Numbered from the stretch's first letter, positions 47,496 through 56,452 are shown. The stretch: DNA of 64,000 bases from an uncultured Chloroflexia bacterium (GCA_963768705.1 CAVYJE010000025.1:161341-225340), one strand, 5' to 3'. Translations and numbers: made by a program. The notes: a model not told the origin generated them from the sequence alone.

Positions 47496-48332
47496 CTATC
47501 GGCCTTCGATCGGCGGCACGCCGCGGGCGAGGATCGCTTCGCCGCGCAGGCGGGCGCGTTCGTCCCACTCCTCGTCCGTGAGCAGGTAGAACGTCCCGTC
47601 GCGGATGGCGTTCACGACCTGCTCCGCCACGCTTGCGGGCGCCGCGCCACGGGCAATGCGGTCTCTCAGGGCATTGCGGCGGGTCGCGTCGCGCTCTTGC
47701 TCCGGCGCCTCGTCTCGCAGATCGTCGGGGCGATTGCGGCCGGCGTAGAAGATCTTCGTGTCGACGATGCCGGGGCAGAGGCAGGTGATGCCGATGTTGG
47801 CGCCCTGCTGCTTGAGGTGCGTGTAAACGGTCTCGGAGTAGGCGAGGGCCGCGTGCTTCGTGACGCCGTAGATCGTATTGCCGGGCACGACCGCTGTCGC
47901 CGAGGCGGTGTTGACGATGTGCCCCTCCTCGCCGTGGGCCAGCATGCCCGGCAGGAAGGCCTCGACGCCGTGGACGATGCCCCAGAAGTTGACGCCGAAG
48001 GTCCACTGCCAGTCGCGAGGCGTCGCGTCCCAGATCGTGCCGAGGAAGCCGTCGACGCCGGCGTTGTTGCACAGCACGTGCACCTTGCCGTAGGTCTCGA
48101 TGGCCTGTCGCGCCAGCTCGGCGACCGATTCGCGACTCGAGACGTCGGTACGCACGCCCATGACGTCGTGCTCGGCCTGGCGCAGTTGCGTAACGGCCGC
48201 GTCGAGCGCCGGCGCTTCGATATCGGCGAGGACGACCTTCATGCCCGCGGCGGCGAAGCGCTCGGCGAACGCCCGGCCCATGCCGCTCGCCGCGCCGGTG
48301 ACGACGGCGACTTTGCCCTCGAAGTCCTGCAT
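47496..48332 (-). CDS. SDR-family oxidoreductase (paralog of 17944-18783)
   Basis: Starts at ATG 48332 (MQDFEGKVAVVTGAASGMGRA). It has NNAG and YGVTKHAA motifs. Confidence 0.85.
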   Translation of the reverse strand: MQDFEGKVAVVTGAASGMGRAFAERFAAAGMKVVLADIEAPALDAAVTQLRQAEHDVMGVRTDVSSRESVAELARQAIETYGKVHVLCNNAGVDGFLGTIWDATPRDWQWTFGVNFWGIVHGVEAFLPGMLAHGEEGHIVNTASATAVVPGNTIYGVTKHAALAYSETVYTHLKQQGANIGITCLCPGIVDTKIFYAGRNRPDDLRDEAPEQERDATRRNALRDRIARGAAPASVAEQVVNAIRDGTFYLLTDEEWDERARLRGEAILARGVPPIEGR

Positions 48333-48513
48333 CTCAGCGCCTCCTCTCGTGCCGCCCGAGTATAGGCCCGGAGATAACATTTCCGCTGCTTGCCATAAGG
48401 GTCTACCCCATGTTGAAATGAGCGTCCCCCGTCACCGTTTGGGTAGGTAGAAACCCTTACTGCCGCAGGATGCGGCGGCGACCGGATGGCTTCCGGTCGT
48501 GGCGGAGGCAGGG

Positions 48514-49665
48514 ATGGCCGTCTTTCCGTACGCGCGGCGGGCGCTTGCGCGACCCTCGCGACTACCGTGGCTGATCGCAGCTGCGGCCCTCATCGCAGTC
48601 ACACTGTCGATCCCGGGCTATTCCGTCCTGCATGAGACGGCGCGCAGCATCCAGTTGCCGCTGGCCGCTGAGACCAGCTCGACCGCGACTCGGGCGACGT
48701 CGTCGGTACGGACGATCGACACGAGCGGCGAGGACGTTCCCGCCAACGCCACGCTGGTCACCGCAGACCTGCAGGCGCTCTTCGACAACCTGGCGGCCTC
48801 CGATGCCTCAATGGTGGCGCAAGAAGCGGCGCTCATCGTCCTTCCTCTGAGCGAGACGGCTGACGACGCCGGCTCCGGGTATGTCTCCGAAGTCTCCAGT
48901 GCATCGACCGTCGCGGGGCAGGGCGAGAGTGTCGCTGGTCCGGTCACGCAGGCATCCACCGCCACCGACACGCCCGGCACGGCGGCGCCCGTGCCCGCTG
49001 CCCAGACCGCCGCCGAGCTGCCGCCGCCGGCTCAGCCTCTCGTCACCAGCTTCGCGAGCCCGATCCAGCGCTGGGCGGCTGCCGGCATCTACATCGAGAC
49101 CCAGGACCAGCTCCTCGATGACGCCAGCCTGGCCAATGTCGATGCTGCGCTGAGCGCGTTGCCCGCCGGCTTGCTGAGCAGCCTCGGCAACCCGGCGTTC
49201 GGTCCCATGCACATCCTGGTCAACACGGAGGGCCGAGTGCTCTCCGGCGACCAGCCCTACGGCGGTCCGGCGAACTTCTTCTCCACCAACGAGGCGACGA
49301 ACGAGCTGGTGCTCTACCCGCAGCAGTCCGTGTTCACGATCGTCCACGAGCTCGGGCACGCCTATAACCTGCGTCATGTCGGCGCCGGCAAGTACGCGAT
49401 GGTGCTGCTCGATCCGGAGATGCGCAGCTTCCTGGCGGCGACAGGCTGGACGATCAACTCCTCCGACGACGAGATCCGCGCGGCCGTCGACCACATGCAC
49501 GTGAGCTACAGCTACAGCGGCAGTTTCCACTGGCCTCGGCTCTCCAACGACGACCCGCTGGAGGACTTCGCCAACACCTTCGCGACCTACTTCCTGGACC
49601 CGCAGGCCCTGCAGCAGCAGTCGCCGGCGCGCTACGCCTGGATGGCTTCGACCTTCGGGCAGTAG
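48514..49665 (+). CDS. Membrane-anchored putative zinc metalloprotease (HExxH)
   Basis: ATG at 48514 follows GGAGG. It has an N-terminal TM anchor, a low-complexity Ala/Ser/Thr region and a C-terminal domain with TIVHELGHAYNLRH. Confidence 0.55.
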   Translation: MAVFPYARRALARPSRLPWLIAAAALIAVTLSIPGYSVLHETARSIQLPLAAETSSTATRATSSVRTIDTSGEDVPANATLVTADLQALFDNLAASDASMVAQEAALIVLPLSETADDAGSGYVSEVSSASTVAGQGESVAGPVTQASTATDTPGTAAPVPAAQTAAELPPPAQPLVTSFASPIQRWAAAGIYIETQDQLLDDASLANVDAALSALPAGLLSSLGNPAFGPMHILVNTEGRVLSGDQPYGGPANFFSTNEATNELVLYPQQSVFTIVHELGHAYNLRHVGAGKYAMVLLDPEMRSFLAATGWTINSSDDEIRAAVDHMHVSYSYSGSFHWPRLSNDDPLEDFANTFATYFLDPQALQQQSPARYAWMASTFGQ

Positions 49666-49690
49666 AGACTCGGTACCAGCGAGAAACGAA

Positions 49691-49717
49691 AGGGCCGCCC
49701 CCGATAGGGGCGGCCCT
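49691..49717. terminator. 11-bp perfect GC-rich hairpin between convergent genes
   Basis: AGGGCCGCCCC-CGATA-GGGGCGGCCCT. U-rich flanks are present on the minus sense (CTTTCGTTTCTC). Confidence 0.6.
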
Positions 49718-49725
49718 CTTACACA

Positions 49726-50060
49726 CCGGCTCGCGACGGCTCAGTTGCGCGAGTCGGTGATTGCCCCGAGCTGTATGAGCATCTCGGTCTGCTCGCGGCG
49801 TTAGCGAGAAGCGGTGCGTCCGCGGCGAGAAGCTGACTTGGCCGGAGGCGGCGCCCGCGTGCAGCCAGTCGTGGGCGTAGCGCTCGGCCGTGCGCGTCGC
49901 CCTCGCCAGCTCGTCGGGCGTCAGTGAGCCCAGGGTGGCGAGGGCCCGGTAGAAGCCCAACCTTTCGCCGACACGGACGAAGCGAGAGGCGAGCGCCGGG
50001 CGGACTCCGGTGAGCTCGCTGGTGTGGTAGTGGGTTGGCGTTCTCTGTTTCGAAAGTCAT
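49726..50060 (-). pseudogene. Remnant of a SAM-dependent methyltransferase (N-terminal winged-helix part only), frameshifted and truncated
   Basis: The VGERLGFYRALATLGSLTPDELARATRTAERYAHDWLHAGAASGQVSF pattern is typical of the N-terminal domain of a class I methyltransferase family. No catalytic domain follows before the terminator. Confidence 0.5.
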
Positions 50061-50081
50061 CGTCCGGTTCCTCTCCGGTAC

Positions 50082-50137
50082 TTAGCACGACCGGTCGTTC
50101 TTCTTGATGGGTTGAAGAATACGACCGGTCGTGCTAA
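50082..50137. promoter_or_regulatory. 56-bp inverted repeat containing two copies of the palindrome ACGACCGGTCGT; probable TetR operator
   Basis: TTAGCACGACCGGTCGT..(22 nt)..ACGACCGGTCGTGCTAA lies between the methyltransferase remnant and the TetR gene. Confidence 0.6.
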
Positions 50138-50151
50138 CTTGTCAACACGTC

Positions 50152-50790
50152 ATGGTAAGAAATTCTCCAAAACACGCATCACGGTCGGACGGCCTCCACA
50201 GCCGCGAGACGATCCTCAACGCGGCGGCCCGCCTGGCGACCATAGAAGGCCTCGAAGGCATGTCGATCGGGCGCCTGGCCGACTACATCGGCATGAGCAA
50301 GAGTGGGCTCTACGCGCACTTCGGCTCCAAGGAGGAGCTGCAGCTCGCCACCGTCGACACCGCGACGCGCATCTTCCAGCACGAGGTCATCGAGCCTACC
50401 GAGAGCATCGCCGACCCCACCGAGCGCCTCGAAGCCCTCTGCGATGCCTTCCTGGGGCACCTGGAGCGCGACGTCTTCCCGGGCGGCTGCTTCTTCATCT
50501 CCGCCGCGGCCGAGCTCGATACGCGCCCCGGACCGGTGCTCGAGCTGGTCAACGACGTGATCGACGGCTGGACCAGCATGTTCGCGGAGCTGCTTCAGCA
50601 GGCCCAGGAGCAGGGCTTCGTCACCAGGGATGAGGACACTGCTCAACTGGCCTGGGAGCTGGACTCGTTCTTGGTCATGGGCAACATGGGCTGGGTGGTC
50701 AACAAGCAGCAAACGCCCCTCGACCGCGCGCGCAAGGCCTTTCGTGCTCGCCTCGCACTCGCGCGCACCACCGCGGCGTCTAAGAAATAG
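50152..50790 (+). CDS. TetR/AcrR-family transcriptional regulator
   Basis: The HTH reads ILNAAARLATIEGLEGMSIGRLADYIGMSKSGLYAHFGSKEEL. The start could be ATG 50152 or GTG 50131. Confidence 0.85.
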   Translation: MVRNSPKHASRSDGLHSRETILNAAARLATIEGLEGMSIGRLADYIGMSKSGLYAHFGSKEELQLATVDTATRIFQHEVIEPTESIADPTERLEALCDAFLGHLERDVFPGGCFFISAAAELDTRPGPVLELVNDVIDGWTSMFAELLQQAQEQGFVTRDEDTAQLAWELDSFLVMGNMGWVVNKQQTPLDRARKAFRARLALARTTAASKK

Positions 50791-50862
50791 GTTCCGTGTG
50801 TAACGGCGTGCCGGCACTGCGGGATTCATCCCGCAGCTACCTATCGATGATCAGTCAGAATG

Positions 50863-50892
50863 AGGCACCCAGGCCGATCAGCCTGGGTGCCT
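50863..50892. terminator. 12-bp perfect hairpin between convergent genes
   Basis: AGGCACCCAGGC-CGATCA-GCCTGGGTGCCT. Confidence 0.55.
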
Positions 50893-50903
50893 TGTCATAT
50901 TCC

Positions 50904-50938
50904 CTCGTAGCTCGTAGCTCGTAGCTCGTAGCTCGCTA
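50904..50938. repeat. Tandem heptamer (CTCGTAG)x4 plus one degenerate unit, starting at the stop codon of the dehydrogenase gene
   Basis: CTCGTAGCTCGTAGCTCGTAGCTCGTAGCTCGCTA. The last unit contains the minus-strand TAG stop at 50936-50938. Confidence 0.9.
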
Positions 50939-51880
50939 GGCGCGCCAGCCGCTGGCCGGGGGCTGAGGCAGGTTGTCGGCGTCCAGCTCCAGGGTGATGC
51001 CGGTGCGGTCTTCCTGGGCGCGCACGACGGCGTCGAAGTTGAGGTCGGCCCAGCCCTGCTCCAGGACGTACTCGAACTCGCGCCCGACGACAGAGCCCAT
51101 GCCCATCTCGATGCCGACCTCGTCGGCGAGGTCGAGCGCCAGATGCGTGTCCTTCGACGACAGGGCGGCGGAGAAGAAGGCAGGCTCGAACTTGCGCTGG
51201 AAAACCGTGCGGGGGAACGTGCCGGTGATCCAGCGGTTGGCGCCGGTGCTGACGCCGATCACCTCGACCAGCGTCTTGAGGTCGACGCCGGCCTTGACGC
51301 CCAGCGTGAGCACTTCGGCGGAGATCACAGGCACGGCGATGCCGACGAGGTTGTTGCACAGCTTGACCACGTCGCCGGCGCCGATGTCGCCGCAGTGGTG
51401 GATTTTGTCCTCGCTGCCGATCGAGCTGAGGAAGGGCATCATCTTCTCGAACAGGGCCTTGTCGCCGCCCACCATGATCGAGAGCGTGCCGGCCTCTGCG
51501 CCGGTGGTGCCGCCACTGACCGGCGCGTCGAGCATGCCGATGTCCTTCTTCGCCAGCTCAGCCGCGACCTTGCGCACCATGCTCGGCGCGTTCGTCGACA
51601 AGTCGACATAAGTAGTGCCCGGCTTCATGTGCTCGATAAGGCCGCCTTCGCCCAGGGCGATGGCTTCGACCTCCTTCGGGCCGGGCAGGGAGGTGCCGAC
51701 GACTTCGGCGTTCTGGACTGCCTCGGCGATCGACTTTGCGCCCGTGATGCCGGGGATCTCCGACAACTGGGCGACGACGTCAGACCGCACGTCGTAGACG
51801 GTGACCTGGTGGCCCTTCTCGGCCAGATTGCGCGCCATGTGGTTACCCATGCGGCCAAGGCCGATGAATCCTACGTTCAT
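50936..51880 (-). CDS. NAD(P)-dependent beta-hydroxyacid dehydrogenase (3-hydroxyisobutyrate dehydrogenase family)
   Basis: 314 aa with the N-terminal motif MNVGFIGLGRMGNHMARNL and a family-typical central region (DAPVSGG). Confidence 0.85.
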   Translation of the reverse strand: MNVGFIGLGRMGNHMARNLAEKGHQVTVYDVRSDVVAQLSEIPGITGAKSIAEAVQNAEVVGTSLPGPKEVEAIALGEGGLIEHMKPGTTYVDLSTNAPSMVRKVAAELAKKDIGMLDAPVSGGTTGAEAGTLSIMVGGDKALFEKMMPFLSSIGSEDKIHHCGDIGAGDVVKLCNNLVGIAVPVISAEVLTLGVKAGVDLKTLVEVIGVSTGANRWITGTFPRTVFQRKFEPAFFSAALSSKDTHLALDLADEVGIEMGMGSVVGREFEYVLEQGWADLNFDAVVRAQEDRTGITLELDADNLPQPPASGWRA

Positions 51881-52036
51881 TGAAAATGCTCCTTGTGAAT
51901 ACAGATCGGGTGGTGAGCCCAGACTAGGGGCTGCCGAGGTAGTGTCAAGGCGGCTCGACCAAGGTGGTTCGGGGACAATCCGAGGAGTCGCCGCCGCAGG
52001 GCAGATGCACCTCGCCCGAGACCTGATAGCATGTCA

Positions 52037-52050
52037 GTTAATTAATTAAC
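52037..52050. promoter_or_regulatory. 14-bp perfect AT-rich palindrome GTTAATTAATTAAC in a divergent promoter region
   Basis: It lies 18 nt upstream of the Rieske oxygenase ATG and stands out strongly from the GC-rich background. Confidence 0.45.
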
Positions 52051-52067
52051 AGTTGCTGGAGGACACC

Positions 52068-53384
52068 ATGCTCAGCACCCAGGACAACGAGATTCTCTGC
52101 AAGGTCGGCGCCGGTACGCCCATGGGCGACCTCATGCGCCAGTACTGGATTCCGGCCCTCACCTCGGCCGAGCTGCCGACGCCCGATTGCGCCCCGATGC
52201 GCCTGCGCCTGCTGGGCGAAGACCTCATTGCCTTCCGCCTGACGTCGGGCAAAGTCGGCGTGATCCAGAACGCCTGCCCTCACCGCGGCGCCAGCATGTT
52301 CTTCGGCCGTAACGAGGAAGAGGGCCTGCGCTGCGTCTACCACGGCTGGAAGTTCGACCAGACGGGTGCCTGCGTCGACATGCCCTCCGAGCCGGCCGAG
52401 AGCAACTTCAAGACCAAGGTGCACACGAAGGCGTACCCCTGCATCGAGCGCAACGGCATGGTCTGGACTTACATGGGAGAGCGCGAGACCCTGCCGCCCC
52501 TGCCGGAGTTCGAGACCAATCTCGTCGGCGAAGGCGTAGTGCGCTACCAGCTGACGATGCGCGAGTGCAACTACATGCAGGCCGTCGAGGGCGACATCGA
52601 CACGAGCCACCTGGCGTTCCTACACCTCGGCGCCTCCAAGCCGGAGGATGTCGAGCCGGGCTCGTTCAACTACTACCTGCTCAAGGACCGCCAGCCGCGC
52701 TACGACGTGATCGAAGCGCCTTACGGCACATCCTACGGCGCCTACCGGCCGGCGGAGGAAGACACCTACTACTGGCGCGTGGCTCACTTCCTCTTCCCGT
52801 TCTACACGATGATCCCCTCAGGCAAGCTGGGCGAGCAGATCCTCGTGCGCGCCTGGGTGCCGATCGACGACGACCACACGATGTACTGGGGCATGGTCAT
52901 CAGCTTCGTCGCCGACAGCGGTGGCGCGCGTGGCGGCGCCGTACCGCGGCCGCAGGACAACGGTCTGCTGCCGAACACCTCGGACTGGCTTGGTCGCTTC
53001 CGCCTGCGCCAGAACGCAAGCAACGACTACGAGATCGACCGCGAGCGTCAGAGCAAGGGCCTGAGCTACACCGGCCTGGCGAACGTGCCCCTGGAAGACC
53101 AGGCCGTGACCGAGAGCATGGGCGCGATCTACGACCGCTCCCACGAGCACCTCGGCACCTCCGACGCGATGGTGATCCGCACGCGCCGCCGCCTGATCAA
53201 CGCCGCGAAGGCCCTGCGCAACGAAGGCACGATCCCGCCCGGCGTCGACAACCCGGAGATCTACCACATCCGCTCTGGCGGCATCATCCTGCCGCGCTCG
53301 GCAGACTGGCAGGAGGCCACGCTGCCCCTCCGTCAGCCCGACGTGGAGCCGGGCGTGAAGATCATGCAGACGAGTGCTCCGTAG
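52068..53384 (+). CDS. Rieske [2Fe-2S] aromatic-ring-hydroxylating oxygenase, alpha subunit type
   Basis: ATG at 52068 follows GGAGG. It has the Rieske motif CPHRGASM...CVYHGWKF and mononuclear-iron ligand region EGDIDTSHLAFLH. Confidence 0.85.
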   Translation: MLSTQDNEILCKVGAGTPMGDLMRQYWIPALTSAELPTPDCAPMRLRLLGEDLIAFRLTSGKVGVIQNACPHRGASMFFGRNEEEGLRCVYHGWKFDQTGACVDMPSEPAESNFKTKVHTKAYPCIERNGMVWTYMGERETLPPLPEFETNLVGEGVVRYQLTMRECNYMQAVEGDIDTSHLAFLHLGASKPEDVEPGSFNYYLLKDRQPRYDVIEAPYGTSYGAYRPAEEDTYYWRVAHFLFPFYTMIPSGKLGEQILVRAWVPIDDDHTMYWGMVISFVADSGGARGGAVPRPQDNGLLPNTSDWLGRFRLRQNASNDYEIDRERQSKGLSYTGLANVPLEDQAVTESMGAIYDRSHEHLGTSDAMVIRTRRRLINAAKALRNEGTIPPGVDNPEIYHIRSGGIILPRSADWQEATLPLRQPDVEPGVKIMQTSAP

Positions 53385-53415
53385 TCGGTAGTTAGTTCTT
53401 AGTCTTCAGTTGTCA
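53381..53415. repeat. Five phased heptamers (GTAGTCG GTAGTTA GTTCTTA GTCTTCA GTTGTCA) starting at the oxygenase stop codon
   Basis: Read directly from the sequence. It shares the k-mers AGTTCTTAGT and CAGTTGTCAGT with the dnaJ-prmA array. Confidence 0.8.
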
Positions 53416-53421
53416 GTCCCG

Positions 53422-53449
53422 GTAGTGCCGCAGCATGCTGCGGCACTAC
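53422..53449. repeat. 28-bp perfect palindrome; copy 4 of the family, with a compensatory C/G swap
   Basis: GTAGTGCCGCAGCATGCTGCGGCACTAC. Relative to copies 1 and 2, CCCCAG/CTGGGG becomes CCGCAG/CTGCGG, which preserves pairing. Confidence 0.9.
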
Positions 53450-53481
53450 TGTTTCCTGGCCAGGCGAATCATGGGCTTACT

Positions 53482-53589
53482 GGTCATTGCGAGGAGGCGA
53501 TGGCCGACGCGGCAATCTCGCATCGTGCTCGGCAGCCCGTACTCGCACGTGAAATTGCTACGTCGTCCTCGTGCCTCCTCGCCGATAGC
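53482..53589. repeat. MITE-like structured repeat (degenerate right end)
   Basis: It starts GGTCATTGCGAGGAGG and aligns along its length with 55507-55615 (..GCAATCTCGCATCGTGCTCGG..CGTGAAATTGC..GCCTCCTCGC). Confidence 0.7.
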
Positions 53590-53617
53590 ACAGGGGAGCT
53601 CGGAGGTACCTATCGAG

Positions 53618-54136
53618 TTACGTCTCAGACGGTGGCCTGAAGCCGATTCGCCGCTGCGCGCGTTCCGATGGCGCCATGAGCTGACGAATTGCCTCGAAGA
53701 CAACCTTGAACTGCTGGTCGTACCGTTGCTCCAGCTCATCGAGCCGATGAGCCAGTTCCTGGTTCGACGCCAGCATCTCCCGTAGCCGCACAAAGGCGCG
53801 CATGATTTCGATGTTGACCTGCACCGCGCGAGGGCTGCGGAGTACGCTCGATAGCATCGCAACGCCCTGCTCCGTGAAAGCGTAGGGAGGGTATCGCCGT
53901 CCACCCCAACTTGAGGTCACAATTTGTGACCTCAAGTCTTGAAACTCTTCCTTGGTGAGTTGAAACATGAAGTCTTCGGGAAACCGCACCGAGTTGCGAC
54001 GCACGGCCTGCAGTAGGACCTTCGTCTCCACGCCGTAAAGTTGGGCCAAGTCAACGTCCAGCATGACCTTCTGCTCTCGGAGCAGGAGAATCGAGCGTTC
54101 GATGCGTTCTGCTGGAACCGTCGAGTGCTCCGACAT
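53618..54136 (-). CDS. ORF6N-domain protein (KilA-N-related DNA-binding, phage/antirepressor-associated family)
   Basis: 172 aa with [50 protein letters not shown] and [31 protein letters not shown], typical of ORF6N. The C-terminus is a coiled coil. Confidence 0.75.
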   Translation of the reverse strand: MSEHSTVPAERIERSILLLREQKVMLDVDLAQLYGVETKVLLQAVRRNSVRFPEDFMFQLTKEEFQDLRSQIVTSSWGGRRYPPYAFTEQGVAMLSSVLRSPRAVQVNIEIMRAFVRLREMLASNQELAHRLDELEQRYDQQFKVVFEAIRQLMAPSERAQRRIGFRPPSET

Positions 54137-54141
54137 TGCGG

Positions 54142-55360
54142 CTACGCGGTCAGGCTGAAGTTCTTCTCCGCCATCGCCAGGATGCCCTCGCTGATCGAGA
54201 GCGACGCCGTCGCGCCGGGCGACGGGGCGTTGAGCACGTGGATGGCGCCCTCGGTCTCGACGATGCGGAAGTCGTCTACCAGCTTGCCGGACTCCTCGAC
54301 GGCCTGGGCGCGCACGCCGGCGCCGCCCGCCTGCAGGTCGTCCTCCGTAATCTCGGGCACCAGTCGCTGTAGGGCCTTCGTGAACGCCTGCTTGCTGAAG
54401 CTGCGATAGACCTCGTGCAGGCCTGTCTTCCAGTACTTGCGCGCCATTGTCCAGAAGCCGTTGTAGCCCAGGGTGCCGAGCAGCTCCTGCGGCCTGAACG
54501 CGGTCTTCGTGTAGCCCTCCTGCGCCGTCGCGAGCACGGCGTTGGGGCCGGCTTCGACGCCGCCGTGAATCGTGCGCGTGAAGTGGACGCCCAGGAAGGG
54601 GAACTCCGGGTCCGGCACGGGGTAGATCAGCCCCTTCACGAGGTGATGCGACTCGGGGCGGATGAAGTAGTACTCGCCCCGGAACGGCACGATGCGCAGG
54701 CCGAGCGAGAGCCCCATCATGCGCGCCACCGCGTCGGAGTAGAGTCCGGCGCAGTTGATCAGGTACTTCGTTTGCACGTCGCCCTGCGCCGTCGCCAGGT
54801 GCATGTGGTCACCGCCGACGTGGATGCTCTCGACCTTGGCGTTAGTGAGGATTTCGCCGCCGTTCTCCCGGAAGTGGCGCGCGTAGGCCTGGGTGACCTC
54901 GGTGTAGTCGATGATGCCGGTCTTGGGCGACCAGAGCGCCTTGATGCCGGCCGAGTGCGGCTCGATCTCCAGCAGGCGGTCGCGGTCGATCATCTCGAGG
55001 CCGGGTACGCCGTTGGCGGTGCCGCGGCGGTGCAGCTCGTCGAGGCGCGGCAGCTCTTCCTCGCTGGTCGCGACGATAACCTTGCCGCAGAGGTCGTACT
55101 TGATGCCGTTGTCGTCGCAGAACGTGAGCAGCTTCTGCGACGCCGTTGACGCAGTTCTGGGCCTTGAGCGAGCCGGGCGCGTAGTAGATGCCGGAGTGGA
55201 TGACGCCGCTGTTGTGCCCCGTCTGGTGCATGGCCAGCGAGTCTTCTTTCTCGACGACGCCGACTTTGTAGCGGGGGTACTTGTTCGATATCTGCATCGC
55301 CGTAGCGATACCGACGATGCCGCCACCGATGATCGTGATGTCGTAGTTGTAGGAGGCCAT
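54142..55360 (-). pseudogene. lhgO: L-2-hydroxyglutarate oxidase (FAD-dependent), one apparent frameshift ~55145
   Basis: ATG at 55360 follows AAGGAG. It has the FAD motif [13 protein letters not shown] and [12 protein letters not shown]. The remainder is in ORF 54142-55443 ([21 protein letters not shown]). Confidence 0.8.
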
Positions 55361-55455
55361 GCGCAACTCCTTGTCATGCCTTGCAGTCGTGCCAGAGACG
55401 GGGTTGGCTGTGATTCTAAGCGACGATGGGGCAACAAGCACAACGGGCGTATCGG

Positions 55456-55483
55456 CAGTCAGCTTTCAGCCTTCAGCCATCAT
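55456..55483. repeat. Short heptamer array (..AGTCAG CTTTCAG CCTTCAG CCATCAT)
   Basis: Phased NNNTCAG units lie immediately left of the MITE-like element. Confidence 0.6.
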
Positions 55484-55506
55484 CGACTGGTCGAGTTTCA
55501 GGGCTT

Positions 55507-55615
55507 GGTCATTGCGAGGAGGACATCAGGACGACGAAGCAATCCCGCATCGTGCACGGACCGCCGTGCTCGCGCGTGAGATTCCTGCCTCCGCTATCGC
55601 CTCCTCGCAATGACC
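55507..55615. repeat. 109-bp MITE-like element with perfect 16-bp terminal inverted repeats
   Basis: GGTCATTGCGAGGAGG ... CCTCCTCGCAATGACC. The interior is itself hairpin-prone (GACGACGAAGCAATC.., CACGG-ACCG-CCGTG). Confidence 0.8.
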
Positions 55616-55750
55616 ACCTCCTTCTCAAGCTTGTTACTCGGGTATGTCGCCGAGTCGCTTAAGCCCTTACGTGACGACTGATCGCTAACGGGCGTTGTGC
55701 TAATCTCGCTCGCAGCCACACCTGTCTCGAAGTCGCGGAGGGAAGCTCGT

Positions 55751-56452
55751 ATGGCCATTCGGCCGGTATACGCCACGCCTGAGGAGGCCATCGCTGACAT
55801 CCCTGACGGCGCCGTCATCGCCATGGGCGGCTTCTCCGCCGCGTTGGGCTGCCCCGACCACCTGATCAAGGCGATGTCGGACGGCAGCACCGCGAAGGAC
55901 CTCACCTTCATCGGCAACGGCATTCCAATCGCGGCCACCGGCAATCCTGACTCCCCGTTTTTCGTCATAGACCCGTCCCGTGTGAAGAAGGTGATCTGTT
56001 CCTTCCCCGGCGGCCGAGGCCCTGCGAGCGTCTACGACGTCGCGTTTCAGAACGGCACGACCGTGCTCGAGTTGGTGCCGCAGGGCACGCTGGCGGAGCG
56101 ATTGCGGGCGGGCGGCGCCGGCATCCCTGCCTTCTACACGCCCACCGGCGTCGACACCCATACGCCCTTCGATGAGGGGAAAGAGGTGCGCGAGTTCGAT
56201 GGCCGTCGCTTCGTCCTCGAGACGGCCTTGAAGCCCGATTACGCGCTGGTGAAGGCGTTCCGGGCCGACAAGATGGGCAACCTCTTCTACCGCAACACCG
56301 CGCGCGCGTTCAATCCGCCCATGGCGATGGCCGCCCGCACGACGATCGTCGAGGTTGAGGAGCTTGTAGAGCCCGGCGAGATCGCGCCGGAGCTCATCGT
56401 CACGCCCGGCATCTACGTGCACCGTATCGTCGTCACCGGGAAGAAGCCGTAG
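55751..56452 (+). CDS. CoA-transferase subunit A (3-oxoacid CoA-transferase family I)
   Basis: Starts at ATG 55751 (MAIRPVYATPEEAIADIPDGAVIAMGGF). It has the motifs LVPQGTLAERLRAGGAGIPAFYTPTG and GNLFYRNTARAFN. Confidence 0.85.
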   Translation: MAIRPVYATPEEAIADIPDGAVIAMGGFSAALGCPDHLIKAMSDGSTAKDLTFIGNGIPIAATGNPDSPFFVIDPSRVKKVICSFPGGRGPASVYDVAFQNGTTVLELVPQGTLAERLRAGGAGIPAFYTPTGVDTHTPFDEGKEVREFDGRRFVLETALKPDYALVKAFRADKMGNLFYRNTARAFNPPMAMAARTTIVEVEELVEPGEIAPELIVTPGIYVHRIVVTGKKP

